Part shown: positions 55,801-64,000 of the stretch, one piece after another
Layout: every line of letters starts with the position of its first letter
Position numbering within the stretch: the first letter of the stretch is position 1
NCBI GenBank assembly: GCA_944372675.1
Contig: CALVZW010000001.1
Coordinates: 137-64,136 of the forward strand
Direction: 5' to 3'
From: an uncultured Clostridia bacterium
GTDB lineage: Bacteria; Bacillota; Clostridia; Christensenellales; UBA1242
DNA: 64,000 nucleotides
Notes under the pieces: model-generated
Seen by the model: only the letters and a program-made list of their open reading frames with translations
Databases searched by the model: none
Told to the model about the DNA's origin: nothing
Translations under genes and position numbers: made by a program

Positions 55801-57432
55801 TTATAAGTAATTGTCAGGTAAATCATTATAAAATAAAATTACACATTCTTTATTATTTAATCTTTTAATAAAATCATTAATTGAATTTAATGCTTGAATT
55901 TGGTGTATTTTTGTTTCATCAAAATTTTTGTTTTTAAGGCCTTGTTTAATATCTAATGAATGAGTTACATTTACGATTACAACTTCATCAGCGACTTCAG
56001 CAATTCTTTCACCAAATTCAATATTTGCTTGCGTTTCTTTTGCTCCAAGTTCAACTAGTCCTGGTGTTACGACAATTTTATGTCCATTAAACATTTTTAA
56101 AGTTTCGAGTGCTTTTTTACTGCCTTCTATACTTCCGTTATAAGAATCATCTAAAATTGTCATTTTATCACTAACATTTATTAATTGCAATCTGTGGTCA
56201 ATTGGTTGTAATCTATTAATTCCTTTTACAATTTCTTCAATTGTTAACCCTAATTTGCTTGCTAATGCTGATGAAGTTAAAATATCTTCAACATTATGTT
56301 CCCCTAATAATTTTGTTTGACATTGTATTGATTCATCTTTTATGTGCAAAATAAATGTAGTACCATCTTTTGTAGTTTTTATATCAGTTGCATAAACATC
56401 AAACTTACTATTAAATCCTGTTATTAATTTATTTTTTGTTGTCTTTTCATATAATTCTCGGCAAATTTCATTTTCACCGTTGAAAACTATTGTTCCATCA
56501 CTTGGCAATGCTTCAACAAGTTCATATTTTGTATTTTTAATATTATCTAACGATTTAAAAGTTTGTAAATGTTGTTCCCCTACACTTGTAATAATTCCAT
56601 ATTGTGGTGATACCAAATCACATAACTCTTTTATATCTCCTTGAAATCTTGCCCCCATTTCAGCAATTAAAATTTGGTGCGAAAAATCTAAATATTGAAT
56701 TATTGATTTTGTAATTCCCATTGGGGTATTATAACTAAACGGACTAGCACAAACTGAATATTTTTCACTTAATATAGTTTGCAAGAAAAATTTTGTGCTT
56801 GTTTTTCCAAAACTTCCAGTAATTCCTATTTTAATTAAATCAGGATTTAATTTTAATTTCTTTTTTGCTAAAACTATGTAGTGTTTAGAAATTGTTTTTT
56901 CAAGCGGTAGTAATAATAAATTAACAAATGGTACAATAATTGGTAGCATTAAAGGAGTTAAGGCAATAGCGGCATATCTAATTGGATCTAAAAATGCTGT
57001 AAACAACCATATAAGTAAGAAAGTAATTAATGCACAAACAATGATAAATTCATATTTTAATCGATTTACCCTATTTGTTATTTTTAATGGTGTCTTTTTT
57101 GGTGCATTATATAAATTAACAATAAATACTGTTACTAAATAAAAGTAAAATATTAATCCCAAATACGCCCAAAAATCATTAATATTTTGCGTATCTAAAA
57201 TGACATTAGTAACTGCCATTAATGCTAAACTTAGTATTGAAAGCATAAATAATCGAGATATGTATTTACCCTTTGTGTCTTTAATCCACCCAAAATATTC
57301 CTTAGTTTTGTAGTTAGATAATTGCAATATTTGAAAGAATTTGTATGCCACAAACCACATTAAAATAGCATTTACTACTGCTAAGCCTATTCCTATATAT
57401 AAATGTATATTTGTTAAATAGAAAAATTTCAT
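55801..57432 (-). CDS. murF: Mur ligase family protein, MurF-like, with an N-terminal ~5-TM membrane domain
   Basis: Residues from ~200 onward carry MurF-type motifs: ITGSFGKTSTK, AEMGARFQGDI, ITSVGEQHL, GEHNVEDIL, DDSYNGS, TPGLVELG. The first ~180 aa are five hydrophobic helices. Confidence 0.65.
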   Translation of the reverse strand: MKFFYLTNIHLYIGIGLAVVNAILMWFVAYKFFQILQLSNYKTKEYFGWIKDTKGKYISRLFMLSILSLALMAVTNVILDTQNINDFWAYLGLIFYFYLVTVFIVNLYNAPKKTPLKITNRVNRLKYEFIIVCALITFLLIWLFTAFLDPIRYAAIALTPLMLPIIVPFVNLLLLPLEKTISKHYIVLAKKKLKLNPDLIKIGITGSFGKTSTKFFLQTILSEKYSVCASPFSYNTPMGITKSIIQYLDFSHQILIAEMGARFQGDIKELCDLVSPQYGIITSVGEQHLQTFKSLDNIKNTKYELVEALPSDGTIVFNGENEICRELYEKTTKNKLITGFNSKFDVYATDIKTTKDGTTFILHIKDESIQCQTKLLGEHNVEDILTSSALASKLGLTIEEIVKGINRLQPIDHRLQLINVSDKMTILDDSYNGSIEGSKKALETLKMFNGHKIVVTPGLVELGAKETQANIEFGERIAEVADEVVIVNVTHSLDIKQGLKNKNFDETKIHQIQALNSINDFIKRLNNKECVILFYNDLPDNYL

Positions 57433-58169
57433 TTTAAAAAATCCTTTATAATTTTATTAACTAAATTTGCTTCTTCAACATAAGCAAAATGCCCTGCATT
57501 TTTTACAACATATAGTTTACTATTTTTTATTTTTTTGTTTAATTTTTTTGCCATATATAATGGGGTATCCTTATCTTTTTCACCCCAAATAATTAATGTT
57601 GAACATTTAATATTTGATAAATATTTTTCTAAATATTCATTTACTACCCTATTAAAAACCCTTTTTTCTTCATTAGATAATTTTTTATAGTCATCAGAGC
57701 CATATTTTTCAAGGCTTTCTTTATCTTTTACATTAATTTTTACTAAAAATTTTGCAAACTTATATTTCATTTTTTTTAATGATTTTTTAATTGTATTTCT
57801 TGGTTTTAATCCTGCACTATCAATTAAAATCATTTTACTCACAATATCGTTTAATTGATTAGACAATATTATTGATATCCTACCACCAAATGAATGTCCA
57901 ACTAAAATAATATCATTTAAATTAAGTTTTTTTAAAAGTTCAGCAACAGCATTTGAGTATGAGTATATGTCAAAATTTTGCAATGGTTTGTCGCTTTGAC
58001 CAAAACCAAAAAAATCTAATGTTAAAATATTATAATTTTGAAACGATACTAATAATGGTGATAAACTTAAATGGTTGCCACCCCATCCGTGCAATAAAAC
58101 AACTGTTTGCTCTTTATTGTTAAATTGATAATCATAATATAGTTTTACTTTTTCAAATTCAAAAATCAC
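57429..58169 (-). CDS. alpha/beta hydrolase
   Basis: 246 aa with the HGWGG oxyanion region, the nucleophile elbow GHSFGG, and a C-terminal GH. Confidence 0.7.
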   Translation of the reverse strand: MIFEFEKVKLYYDYQFNNKEQTVVLLHGWGGNHLSLSPLLVSFQNYNILTLDFFGFGQSDKPLQNFDIYSYSNAVAELLKKLNLNDIILVGHSFGGRISIILSNQLNDIVSKMILIDSAGLKPRNTIKKSLKKMKYKFAKFLVKINVKDKESLEKYGSDDYKKLSNEEKRVFNRVVNEYLEKYLSNIKCSTLIIWGEKDKDTPLYMAKKLNKKIKNSKLYVVKNAGHFAYVEEANLVNKIIKDFLK

Positions 58170-58587
58170 TACTCCACTCCATTAAAACTCCATCTTCACC
58201 TTGTCCGTAGTAATTTTTCCTTAAACCATTTTGTCTAAAGCCATTTTTTTTGTAAAAATTAATTGCAACTAAATTTGTTGAATTAACTTCTAAATAAAGT
58301 TTATTTACATAATCTAAATTTTTAACAAAATTAATTAATTGACTACCTATACCATTATTTTGATAATTTTTGTTTACTCCAATTTTAAATACTTCATAAT
58401 AGTCTATATTATCATAGATTATTATGTATCCTAAAAGTTCAGTATTTACATAAGCAAAAATTTTGTATTTACAATTATGTAACATTTCATCAAATTGCTT
58501 TTTATTGTATTTATCATTATTAAACAAATCATTTTCTAAATTACAAATTTTAGGCAATAAACTATCATCTTTTATTTCCTTAATCAT
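58159..58587 (-). CDS. rimI: ribosomal-protein-alanine N-acetyltransferase (GNAT)
   Basis: GNAT motif A (YQNNGIGSQLI) and the tsaE-tsaB-rimI synteny. Confidence 0.75.
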   Translation of the reverse strand: MIKEIKDDSLLPKICNLENDLFNNDKYNKKQFDEMLHNCKYKIFAYVNTELLGYIIIYDNIDYYEVFKIGVNKNYQNNGIGSQLINFVKNLDYVNKLYLEVNSTNLVAINFYKKNGFRQNGLRKNYYGQGEDGVLMEWSSDF

Positions 58588-59204
58588 AATTTATGCCCTT
58601 TTTGCATTTCTGCTTGTGATAATCTTAAATACATTGGTTTCACATCAGTTGAATTTATTGCTTTATCCAAATTATCCAAAACAATTTTGTTCATCTTTGG
58701 AATATTAATAACTTCAATTTCACAATTTAATTCATTAGCAATATTATCACAACTGCAAATTTTTGTAGATTTGTCAATAATTTTCTTAAGTTCATCTTCT
58801 TTCATAAGACGCATTGATTCAACTTTGTTATTTTCGATAAAACCTACAAAATATTCATCCGCAACACCCTTCATAACGCAAAGTTGACAATCACTCAAAG
58901 TATTGTATGCAATTAATGATAATGTGTCTATTGGAATAATTTTTAAATTTAAGGCATTTGCTAGCCCTTTTGCTACAGCAATACCAATTCTAATACCTGT
59001 AAAACTTCCTGTACCAACACAAACAGCTATGTAATCTAATTGAGATTTGTCAATATTTGCTTTTATCATAATATCATCAATTTGTTGCATTAATGTAATT
59101 GAATGTTGAATATTTCCTTCACCTACATTTTCATAAAAAGTGTCATTAACAATTAATGACACATAACTTTGCTTTAAACAAGTATTAATACAAAGTATAT
59201 TCAT
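58584..59204 (-). CDS. tsaB: tRNA threonylcarbamoyladenosine biosynthesis protein TsaB
   Basis: GTGSFTGIRIGIAVAKGLA motif, 206 aa. Confidence 0.82.
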   Translation of the reverse strand: MNILCINTCLKQSYVSLIVNDTFYENVGEGNIQHSITLMQQIDDIMIKANIDKSQLDYIAVCVGTGSFTGIRIGIAVAKGLANALNLKIIPIDTLSLIAYNTLSDCQLCVMKGVADEYFVGFIENNKVESMRLMKEDELKKIIDKSTKICSCDNIANELNCEIEVINIPKMNKIVLDNLDKAINSTDVKPMYLRLSQAEMQKGHKL

Positions 59205-59626
59205 AAATGTTCCACCTTTATTTCTCTTTCAGTACTTGATAATTTAGAAATTGTAATAATAATCTTATGTTTTGGCATAATGCTTTCAGCAATTTGTGGC
59301 CACTCCACAAGCGAAATTTCATTTTTTGAATTAAGTATTTCTTCAAATCCAAGCAGAAAAAGTTCTTCAATATCTTCAAGTCTATATAAATCAAAATGAT
59401 TCAGTTTAATTCCATTATCGCCTACATAGGAATTTAACAAAGCAAATGTTGGACTAGTTATAGTATCTGCAATGCCTAATCCTTTTGCAAATCCTTTTGC
59501 AAAAGCAGTTTTCCCCGCCCCTAACTCTCCTATAAGTTCTACAACACTACCAATGGGTGTTGATTTTGCAATATTAAATGCAATTTTTTCTGTTTCATTT
59601 ACGCTATTTGATAAATATTTTTCCAT
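59201..59626 (-). CDS. tsaE: tRNA threonylcarbamoyladenosine biosynthesis ATPase TsaE
   Basis: P-loop GELGAGKT, then SPTF..., H.DLYRL, 141 aa. Confidence 0.85.
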   Translation of the reverse strand: MEKYLSNSVNETEKIAFNIAKSTPIGSVVELIGELGAGKTAFAKGFAKGLGIADTITSPTFALLNSYVGDNGIKLNHFDLYRLEDIEELFLLGFEEILNSKNEISLVEWPQIAESIMPKHKIIITISKLSSTEREIKVEHL

Positions 59627-59709
59627 ATATCATATGATACAAAAATTTAAAGATTTTGTCAATTATAAATATTAAAAATAATGTCAATAATACTAAAAAG
59701 GTGAAAAAA

Positions 59710-60489
59710 ATGAAAAATAAATTAGCATTTTTAATTGATGAAATATTTAAATTAGTAATAATATTCTTTATTTCTTTAGTGTTCTTTAAAGCAACATCGC
59801 TACCTTTTTGGTTGTGCATTGTCTTATCATCATTATTGACATTATTTTTATGTGTAGTTTTATATTTTTTAAAAACAAAAAGATATTCAAAAAAACAGTT
59901 AAAAATAAATGAAATTAAAGAAATTGAAAAACTTAAGGAACAATTTTCTTATGCTAGTAACACAGAAATTCAACATTATTTGAAGAAATTATTTAATGCT
60001 GAACTTAACTACAAAAAAGAATTAACAATTAATAGTAAATCGACAATTATAAATTATAATTTTGACACTCCGCTTTTAAATACTGAAAATATTAAAACTA
60101 TTTACAAGCAAAATAAAAACAGAAAAATAAACAAAGTTATAATTATTTGTAATGATTACAATGACGAATGTAAAAATTTTATTAAAAACTTTCAAAAAAT
60201 TGAATATGAAATTATGGATGTTGGAGATTTATATTTAAACTATATTATTCCACAAAATTACTTTCCAAATTTTGAAGTTGAAAAAATACCAAATGAAAAA
60301 TTTTCATTTAACAAATTTAAAAAATATGCTTTTAACAAACGAAAGGCAAAAACATATTTTTTTTGCGGTATAATTTTGTTATTTTCAAGTTATTTAGTGC
60401 CACTAAAAATTTATTATTTAACATTTTCGGCAATAATGTTTATTTCAAGTTTACTATGTTTTGTTTTAAACACAAAAAAAGCCAAATAA
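59710..60489 (+). CDS. hypothetical membrane protein (2 TM - soluble domain - 2 TM)
   Basis: The ATG at 59710 follows the SD AAAGGTG. It has hydrophobic helices at both ends and no recognised motif. Confidence 0.5.
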   Translation: MKNKLAFLIDEIFKLVIIFFISLVFFKATSLPFWLCIVLSSLLTLFLCVVLYFLKTKRYSKKQLKINEIKEIEKLKEQFSYASNTEIQHYLKKLFNAELNYKKELTINSKSTIINYNFDTPLLNTENIKTIYKQNKNRKINKVIIICNDYNDECKNFIKNFQKIEYEIMDVGDLYLNYIIPQNYFPNFEVEKIPNEKFSFNKFKKYAFNKRKAKTYFFCGIILLFSSYLVPLKIYYLTFSAIMFISSLLCFVLNTKKAK

Positions 60490-60628
60490 TAGTGTTACAA
60501 ACTCATAAACTAAATATCATATAAATAAAAAAAACTTTAATTTATAAAATACAAATTTAGTCTGTAACAACTATTAATTGACTTTTTTTAATTAAACCTA
60601 TTTCATAGGCTAAAAATTGAGATATACT

Positions 60629-60914
60629 CTATTCTTTATCACTATTTTCAGACTTTGCAAGAGCTTGTTCATAAGCAGTAAATATTGCACTTGTAATTTT
60701 TTCTCTTGTCTCATTATTCAAGGCATGCGCTAAATCAACTCTTTCGCCTGTAAGTAATCTCTTGCTTGGCATGCAAACGAATAATCCGCCTTTGCCATCC
60801 ATAATTCTAGCATCGTGGATAACAAAGCAGTCGTCGATTGTGAAATGTTACGATCGCCCTAACAGGTTGATCAGGTCTATCAACAATTTTCACTCTGACT
60901 TCTGTAATATTCAT
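60629..60914 (-). pseudogene. spoVG: spoVG interrupted by a single-base insertion (frameshift)
   Basis: ATG at 60914 encodes MNITEVRVKIVDRPDQPVRAIVTF, then the frame stops at 60807-60809. The next frame from 60841 gives TIDDCFVIHDARIMDGKGGLFVCMPSKR...AYEQALAKSENSDKE, ending in a stop at 60629-60631. The span is 286 nt (3n+1). Omitting the base at about 60842 restores a 94-aa SpoVG. Confidence 0.75.
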
Positions 60915-61123
60915 TTCTACCATCCTTATTTTATTTGTGTGAGAGTCCTAAATATAATACTATAAAAAGCAAAAAAATACAATTAATTTTCTTGATTTTT
61001 TAGTCTTTTTTTACAAAAATTAACATTTTTTTGTTAACTATAAATATTTTTACCAATTTTTACCAATTTATACATTAAATATAAATTTTAAACAAAAATT
61101 TCTTTAAAGCATAGTATATTGTT

Positions 61124-62473
61124 ATGATAAAAAATAAAAGAATTCATTTTATTGGTATTGGTGGAATTAGTATGAGTGCTTTAGCAAAGTACTTAAGTTT
61201 AAATAATTATGTTCAAGGTAGTGATATTGTTTTAAATGAAGAAATACAAGCACTAAAACAACAAAACATACCTGTTTTTATTGGTCATAACAAAAACAAT
61301 ATGAAGAACATTGATTTATGCGTCTATAATAATGCAATAGATGCAAAAAATGAAGAACTTGAATATGCCATAAAAAATAATATTGAAATAATTGAAAGAA
61401 GTCAATTATTAGGATTAATTGCAAAAGAATTTGAAACAATAATTGCAGTTTCAGGAACGCACGGAAAAACTACAACTACAGCAATGATTTCAAAAGTTAT
61501 GCTCGATTGTAATTTAAAGCCTACCATACATATTGGCGGACATTTTGACTATATTGACGGAAATTTTAAAATTGGTAGCAATAAATATTTTGTAACAGAA
61601 GCCTGCGAATACAAAAAAAGTTTTTTAAACTTACACCCACAATATACAATAATAAATAATGTTGAACTTGACCACACCGATTGCTATAATAACTTAACTG
61701 AACTTTATGATGCTTTTAAGCAACTTGTGAATTTAACACAAAATAAAGTTTTTGTTTATTATAATGATAAATTTTATAATGAGATTAAACACAATGCTAA
61801 AGTAATTTCTTTCGGTACGAATTTAAATGCCACCTATAGAGCATATAATTTTAGACAAAAAAATAACAACTATACTTTTGATGTATCATTTAATAAAGAA
61901 TATTTAACGACAATTTCACTTAGCATATCAGGTAAATATAATGCAATGAACGCACTTGGATGTGTCGCCCTTTGCCATACTTTACAAATACCTTGTGAGC
62001 AAATTAAATTAGCACTTAGCAATTTTAAAAATGTAGAGAGAAGATTTGAATTTATTAAAAAAATTAATAATGCCGATATTTTTCGTGATTACGCCCACCA
62101 CCCTACAGAAATAAAAAATTTACTTGAGAGTGCTAAAAAACTTAACTATAATAAACTAATTATTTACTTTCAACCACACACATATTCTAGGACAATAGGA
62201 TTGTTTAATGATTTTTTAAAGTGTTTTGTTAATTGCGATAAACTTTATTTATTGCCAACATATTCAGCAAGAGAACAAGAAATAAATGGTGGTAGAAGCG
62301 AAGATTTATATGCTAAACTTTCAAAAGTAAAAAAAAATGTTTATTTTATTAACTCTTTTAAAGATTGTTTAAAATCAATTAATGAAAATTCATATGAAAA
62401 TAATTTAATAATTTTAGTCGGTGCTGGCGATATTGGTAATTTATTTGATAAAACCAAAAATAACAACTTATAA
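61124..62473 (+). CDS. murC: UDP-N-acetylmuramate--L-alanine ligase
   Basis: IHFIGIGGISMSALA, VSGTHGKTTTTAM, 449 aa. Confidence 0.92.
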   Translation: MIKNKRIHFIGIGGISMSALAKYLSLNNYVQGSDIVLNEEIQALKQQNIPVFIGHNKNNMKNIDLCVYNNAIDAKNEELEYAIKNNIEIIERSQLLGLIAKEFETIIAVSGTHGKTTTTAMISKVMLDCNLKPTIHIGGHFDYIDGNFKIGSNKYFVTEACEYKKSFLNLHPQYTIINNVELDHTDCYNNLTELYDAFKQLVNLTQNKVFVYYNDKFYNEIKHNAKVISFGTNLNATYRAYNFRQKNNNYTFDVSFNKEYLTTISLSISGKYNAMNALGCVALCHTLQIPCEQIKLALSNFKNVERRFEFIKKINNADIFRDYAHHPTEIKNLLESAKKLNYNKLIIYFQPHTYSRTIGLFNDFLKCFVNCDKLYLLPTYSAREQEINGGRSEDLYAKLSKVKKNVYFINSFKDCLKSINENSYENNLIILVGAGDIGNLFDKTKNNNL

Positions 62474-62539
62474 AAATTGTCAAGGAAATTTTTTAAAAAA
62501 AAGTTTTAAATTTATGTAATATTAATTCATATAAATTTA

Positions 62540-62580
62540 AAAAACAAACTTGAATAAATTAAGTTTGTTTTTTTGTTTTT
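62540..62580 (+). terminator. intrinsic terminator of murC
   Basis: Stem AAACAAACTT (62542-62551) pairs with AAGTTTGTTT (62561-62570), followed by a T-run. Confidence 0.7.
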
Positions 62581-62652
62581 ATGTATTTTATCTCACGACG
62601 AAAAGACCATACTATGTGGCCTTTCTTATCTTATAGCATCCATTTTCATTTT

Positions 62653-64000
62653 TTATTCAACAGAAACAATGTAATAATATACTGGTTGCCCACCATAAAT
62701 GGCAGTAACTTCGCAATTAGTAAACTTTTCTGCTAATTTATCTTGCATTGCCATTGCTTGATTTTCGTCTATACCTGCTCCATAGAACAAAGTAATATTG
62801 ACAGAATCTTCATTAACTAATGCATTAACTAAATCTTCAAGCGTATTGTCAATAGAAGCACTCTTAGCACGAATATGAGATTCATCTAATCCAATAATTT
62901 CGCCTTCTTTAATGTCAAAACCGTCAACATTAGTTGTTCTAACGGCATTTGTTATTGCCCCACTTCTCACAGTCTTACAACTTTCATTCATTGTTTGTAA
63001 ATTTTCATCTTTATCAACTTCAGCATTAAATGCTAAAATTGCCGAAATTCCCTGCGGAACACTTGTTGTTGGTATAACATAAACTTGTTTTTGTGTTAAT
63101 GCTTTAGCCTGTTCTGCAGCCAAAATTATATTTTTATTATTAGGGAAAACATATACATTCTTTGATGGCACTAAATCAATTGCCTTTGCAATATCATCGG
63201 CACTTGGGTTCATTGTTTGCCCACCTTCAATAATGTAATCAACACCTAAATCTTTGAAAACAGCACTTAAACCATCACCTGCACAAACTGAAACCATACC
63301 AAATGGTTTTTCGTCCTTAGTTTCAGCAAGTTTTCTTAATTCTCGGTTTTGTTCTCTCATATTTTCAATTTTAACATTATACAATTCACCCAATTCTAAT
63401 GCATATCCTAATGCCTTGTTAGGTTCATTTGTATGAACGTGTATTTTAACAAGTGATAAATCGCCTACGCAATTTACAGAATCACCTATTGCCATTAATT
63501 TTTCTTTTAATTTATCAATGTCAGACTCAGTTGTTTTCTTAAACATATGAATTATCATAAACTCTGTGCAATAACCAAATTCAATATCAGCAAGTGTTTC
63601 AAGGTTTACATGGAATTCTTTATCCTTTTCAACAGCATTTGCTGTATCATTCATTTCAAATTCAAATGTTTCATCATTAATAATAACCTTGTAGAAGCCT
63701 TCGAAGATAACCATTAAAGCACGGCCACCAGCATCTATAACCCCTGCTTTTGCTAGTACTGGTAACATTTCAGGTGTCTTTTGTAAAATTTCTTCACCCT
63801 TTTCAATTACATACTTCATAAAGTCTTCAAAGTCAGTCATTTTCTTGCAAGCAGACCCTGCTTCTTCTGCCATTGTTCTAATAACTGTTAAAATTGTACC
63901 TTCTTTTGGCTTGGTAACCGCTTGATATGCTATAGCAGCACCTTCCTTTAAAGCCTTAGCAAATTGTTTTGTAGTTATTTCTGTACAAGTTTTTGTAACT
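62653..64000 (-). CDS. yloV: DAK2-domain fusion protein YloV (5' end outside the window)
   Basis: The reading frame stays open upstream of the ORF-track Met at 63873, through to the window edge (..KPKEGTILTVIRTMAEEAG..). It has a DAK2-like N-part and a DegV-like C-part pattern. Confidence 0.72.
   Translation of the reverse strand, partial: VTKTCTEITTKQFAKALKEGAAIAYQAVTKPKEGTILTVIRTMAEEAGSACKKMTDFEDFMKYVIEKGEEILQKTPEMLPVLAKAGVIDAGGRALMVIFEGFYKVIINDETFEFEMNDTANAVEKDKEFHVNLETLADIEFGYCTEFMIIHMFKKTTESDIDKLKEKLMAIGDSVNCVGDLSLVKIHVHTNEPNKALGYALELGELYNVKIENMREQNRELRKLAETKDEKPFGMVSVCAGDGLSAVFKDLGVDYIIEGGQTMNPSADDIAKAIDLVPSKNVYVFPNNKNIILAAEQAKALTQKQVYVIPTTSVPQGISAILAFNAEVDKDENLQTMNESCKTVRSGAITNAVRTTNVDGFDIKEGEIIGLDESHIRAKSASIDNTLEDLVNALVNEDSVNITLFYGAGIDENQAMAMQDKLAEKFTNCEVTAIYGGQPVYYYIVSVE

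Noticed and set aside
59604-59819. 71-aa minus-strand ORF upstream of tsaE that overlaps the start of the 59710 membrane protein gene.
   Set aside because: It has no SD and low-complexity hydrophobic sequence, and it overlaps a better-supported plus-strand gene and the tsaE start region.
60762-60965. 67-aa plus-strand ORF from the ORF track.
   Set aside because: It is antisense to the frameshifted spoVG. The minus strand gives a clear SpoVG translation in two frames.
61047-61066. Tandem direct repeat TTTTACCAAT x2 between spoVG and murC.
   Set aside because: There are only two short copies in an AT-rich divergent promoter region. The evidence is insufficient to call it a regulatory site.
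1-64000. Searched by eye for tRNA, rRNA, tmRNA, RNase P RNA, T-box or other riboswitches, IS elements and phage genes.
   Set aside because: Apart from the rplU and rpsO leaders there is no GC-enriched structured non-coding segment. The lysS upstream region (67 nt) is too short for a T-box. No transposase, integrase-att pair or phage structural genes were seen.

Overview
This is a very AT-rich chromosomal segment of low-GC Firmicutes type. It reads cleanly with the standard bacterial code. I call about 58 protein-coding genes and see no rRNA, tRNA, CRISPR array, IS element or prophage. Most of the content is conserved housekeeping in Clostridia/Bacilli-like gene orders. The recognisable blocks are: lysS; rnhA; miaB-mutS-mutL-miaA (with no hfq after miaA); lexA with an SOS box; a class A PBP; rplU-prp-rpmA with an L21 leader; tmcAL; rpiB; maf; yceD-rpmF; an ADP-forming acyl-CoA synthetase; a split TIGR03960/TIGR03936 radical-SAM pair; murG; minD-minE followed by a SpoIVFA/SpoIVFB-like pair; rny; ftsK-rimO-pgsA-cinA-recA; rpsO-pnp; tsaE-tsaB-rimI; a MurF-like ligase; murC; and a partial yloV. 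The strongest signal not explained by genes is a dispersed repeat. Six intergenic loci each carry two 26-bp palindromes (ATAATACAC-N8-GTGTATTAT) spaced exactly 32 bp apart. Their 16-bp core resembles the NrdR box as I remember it, yet no nrd gene is nearby and four loci lie between convergent genes. Other points worth a second look:
- a perfect 38-bp lox/FRT-like palindrome inside a roughly 680-bp gene-free AT desert upstream of an XerS-like tyrosine recombinase
- three promoters positioned to give leaderless mRNAs
- a spoVG gene broken by a single extra base
- a MurF-like ligase whose N-terminal domain is replaced by about five transmembrane helices
- a membrane-anchored PadR-type regulator
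All product calls rest on motif and synteny recognition by eye. No database search was run.
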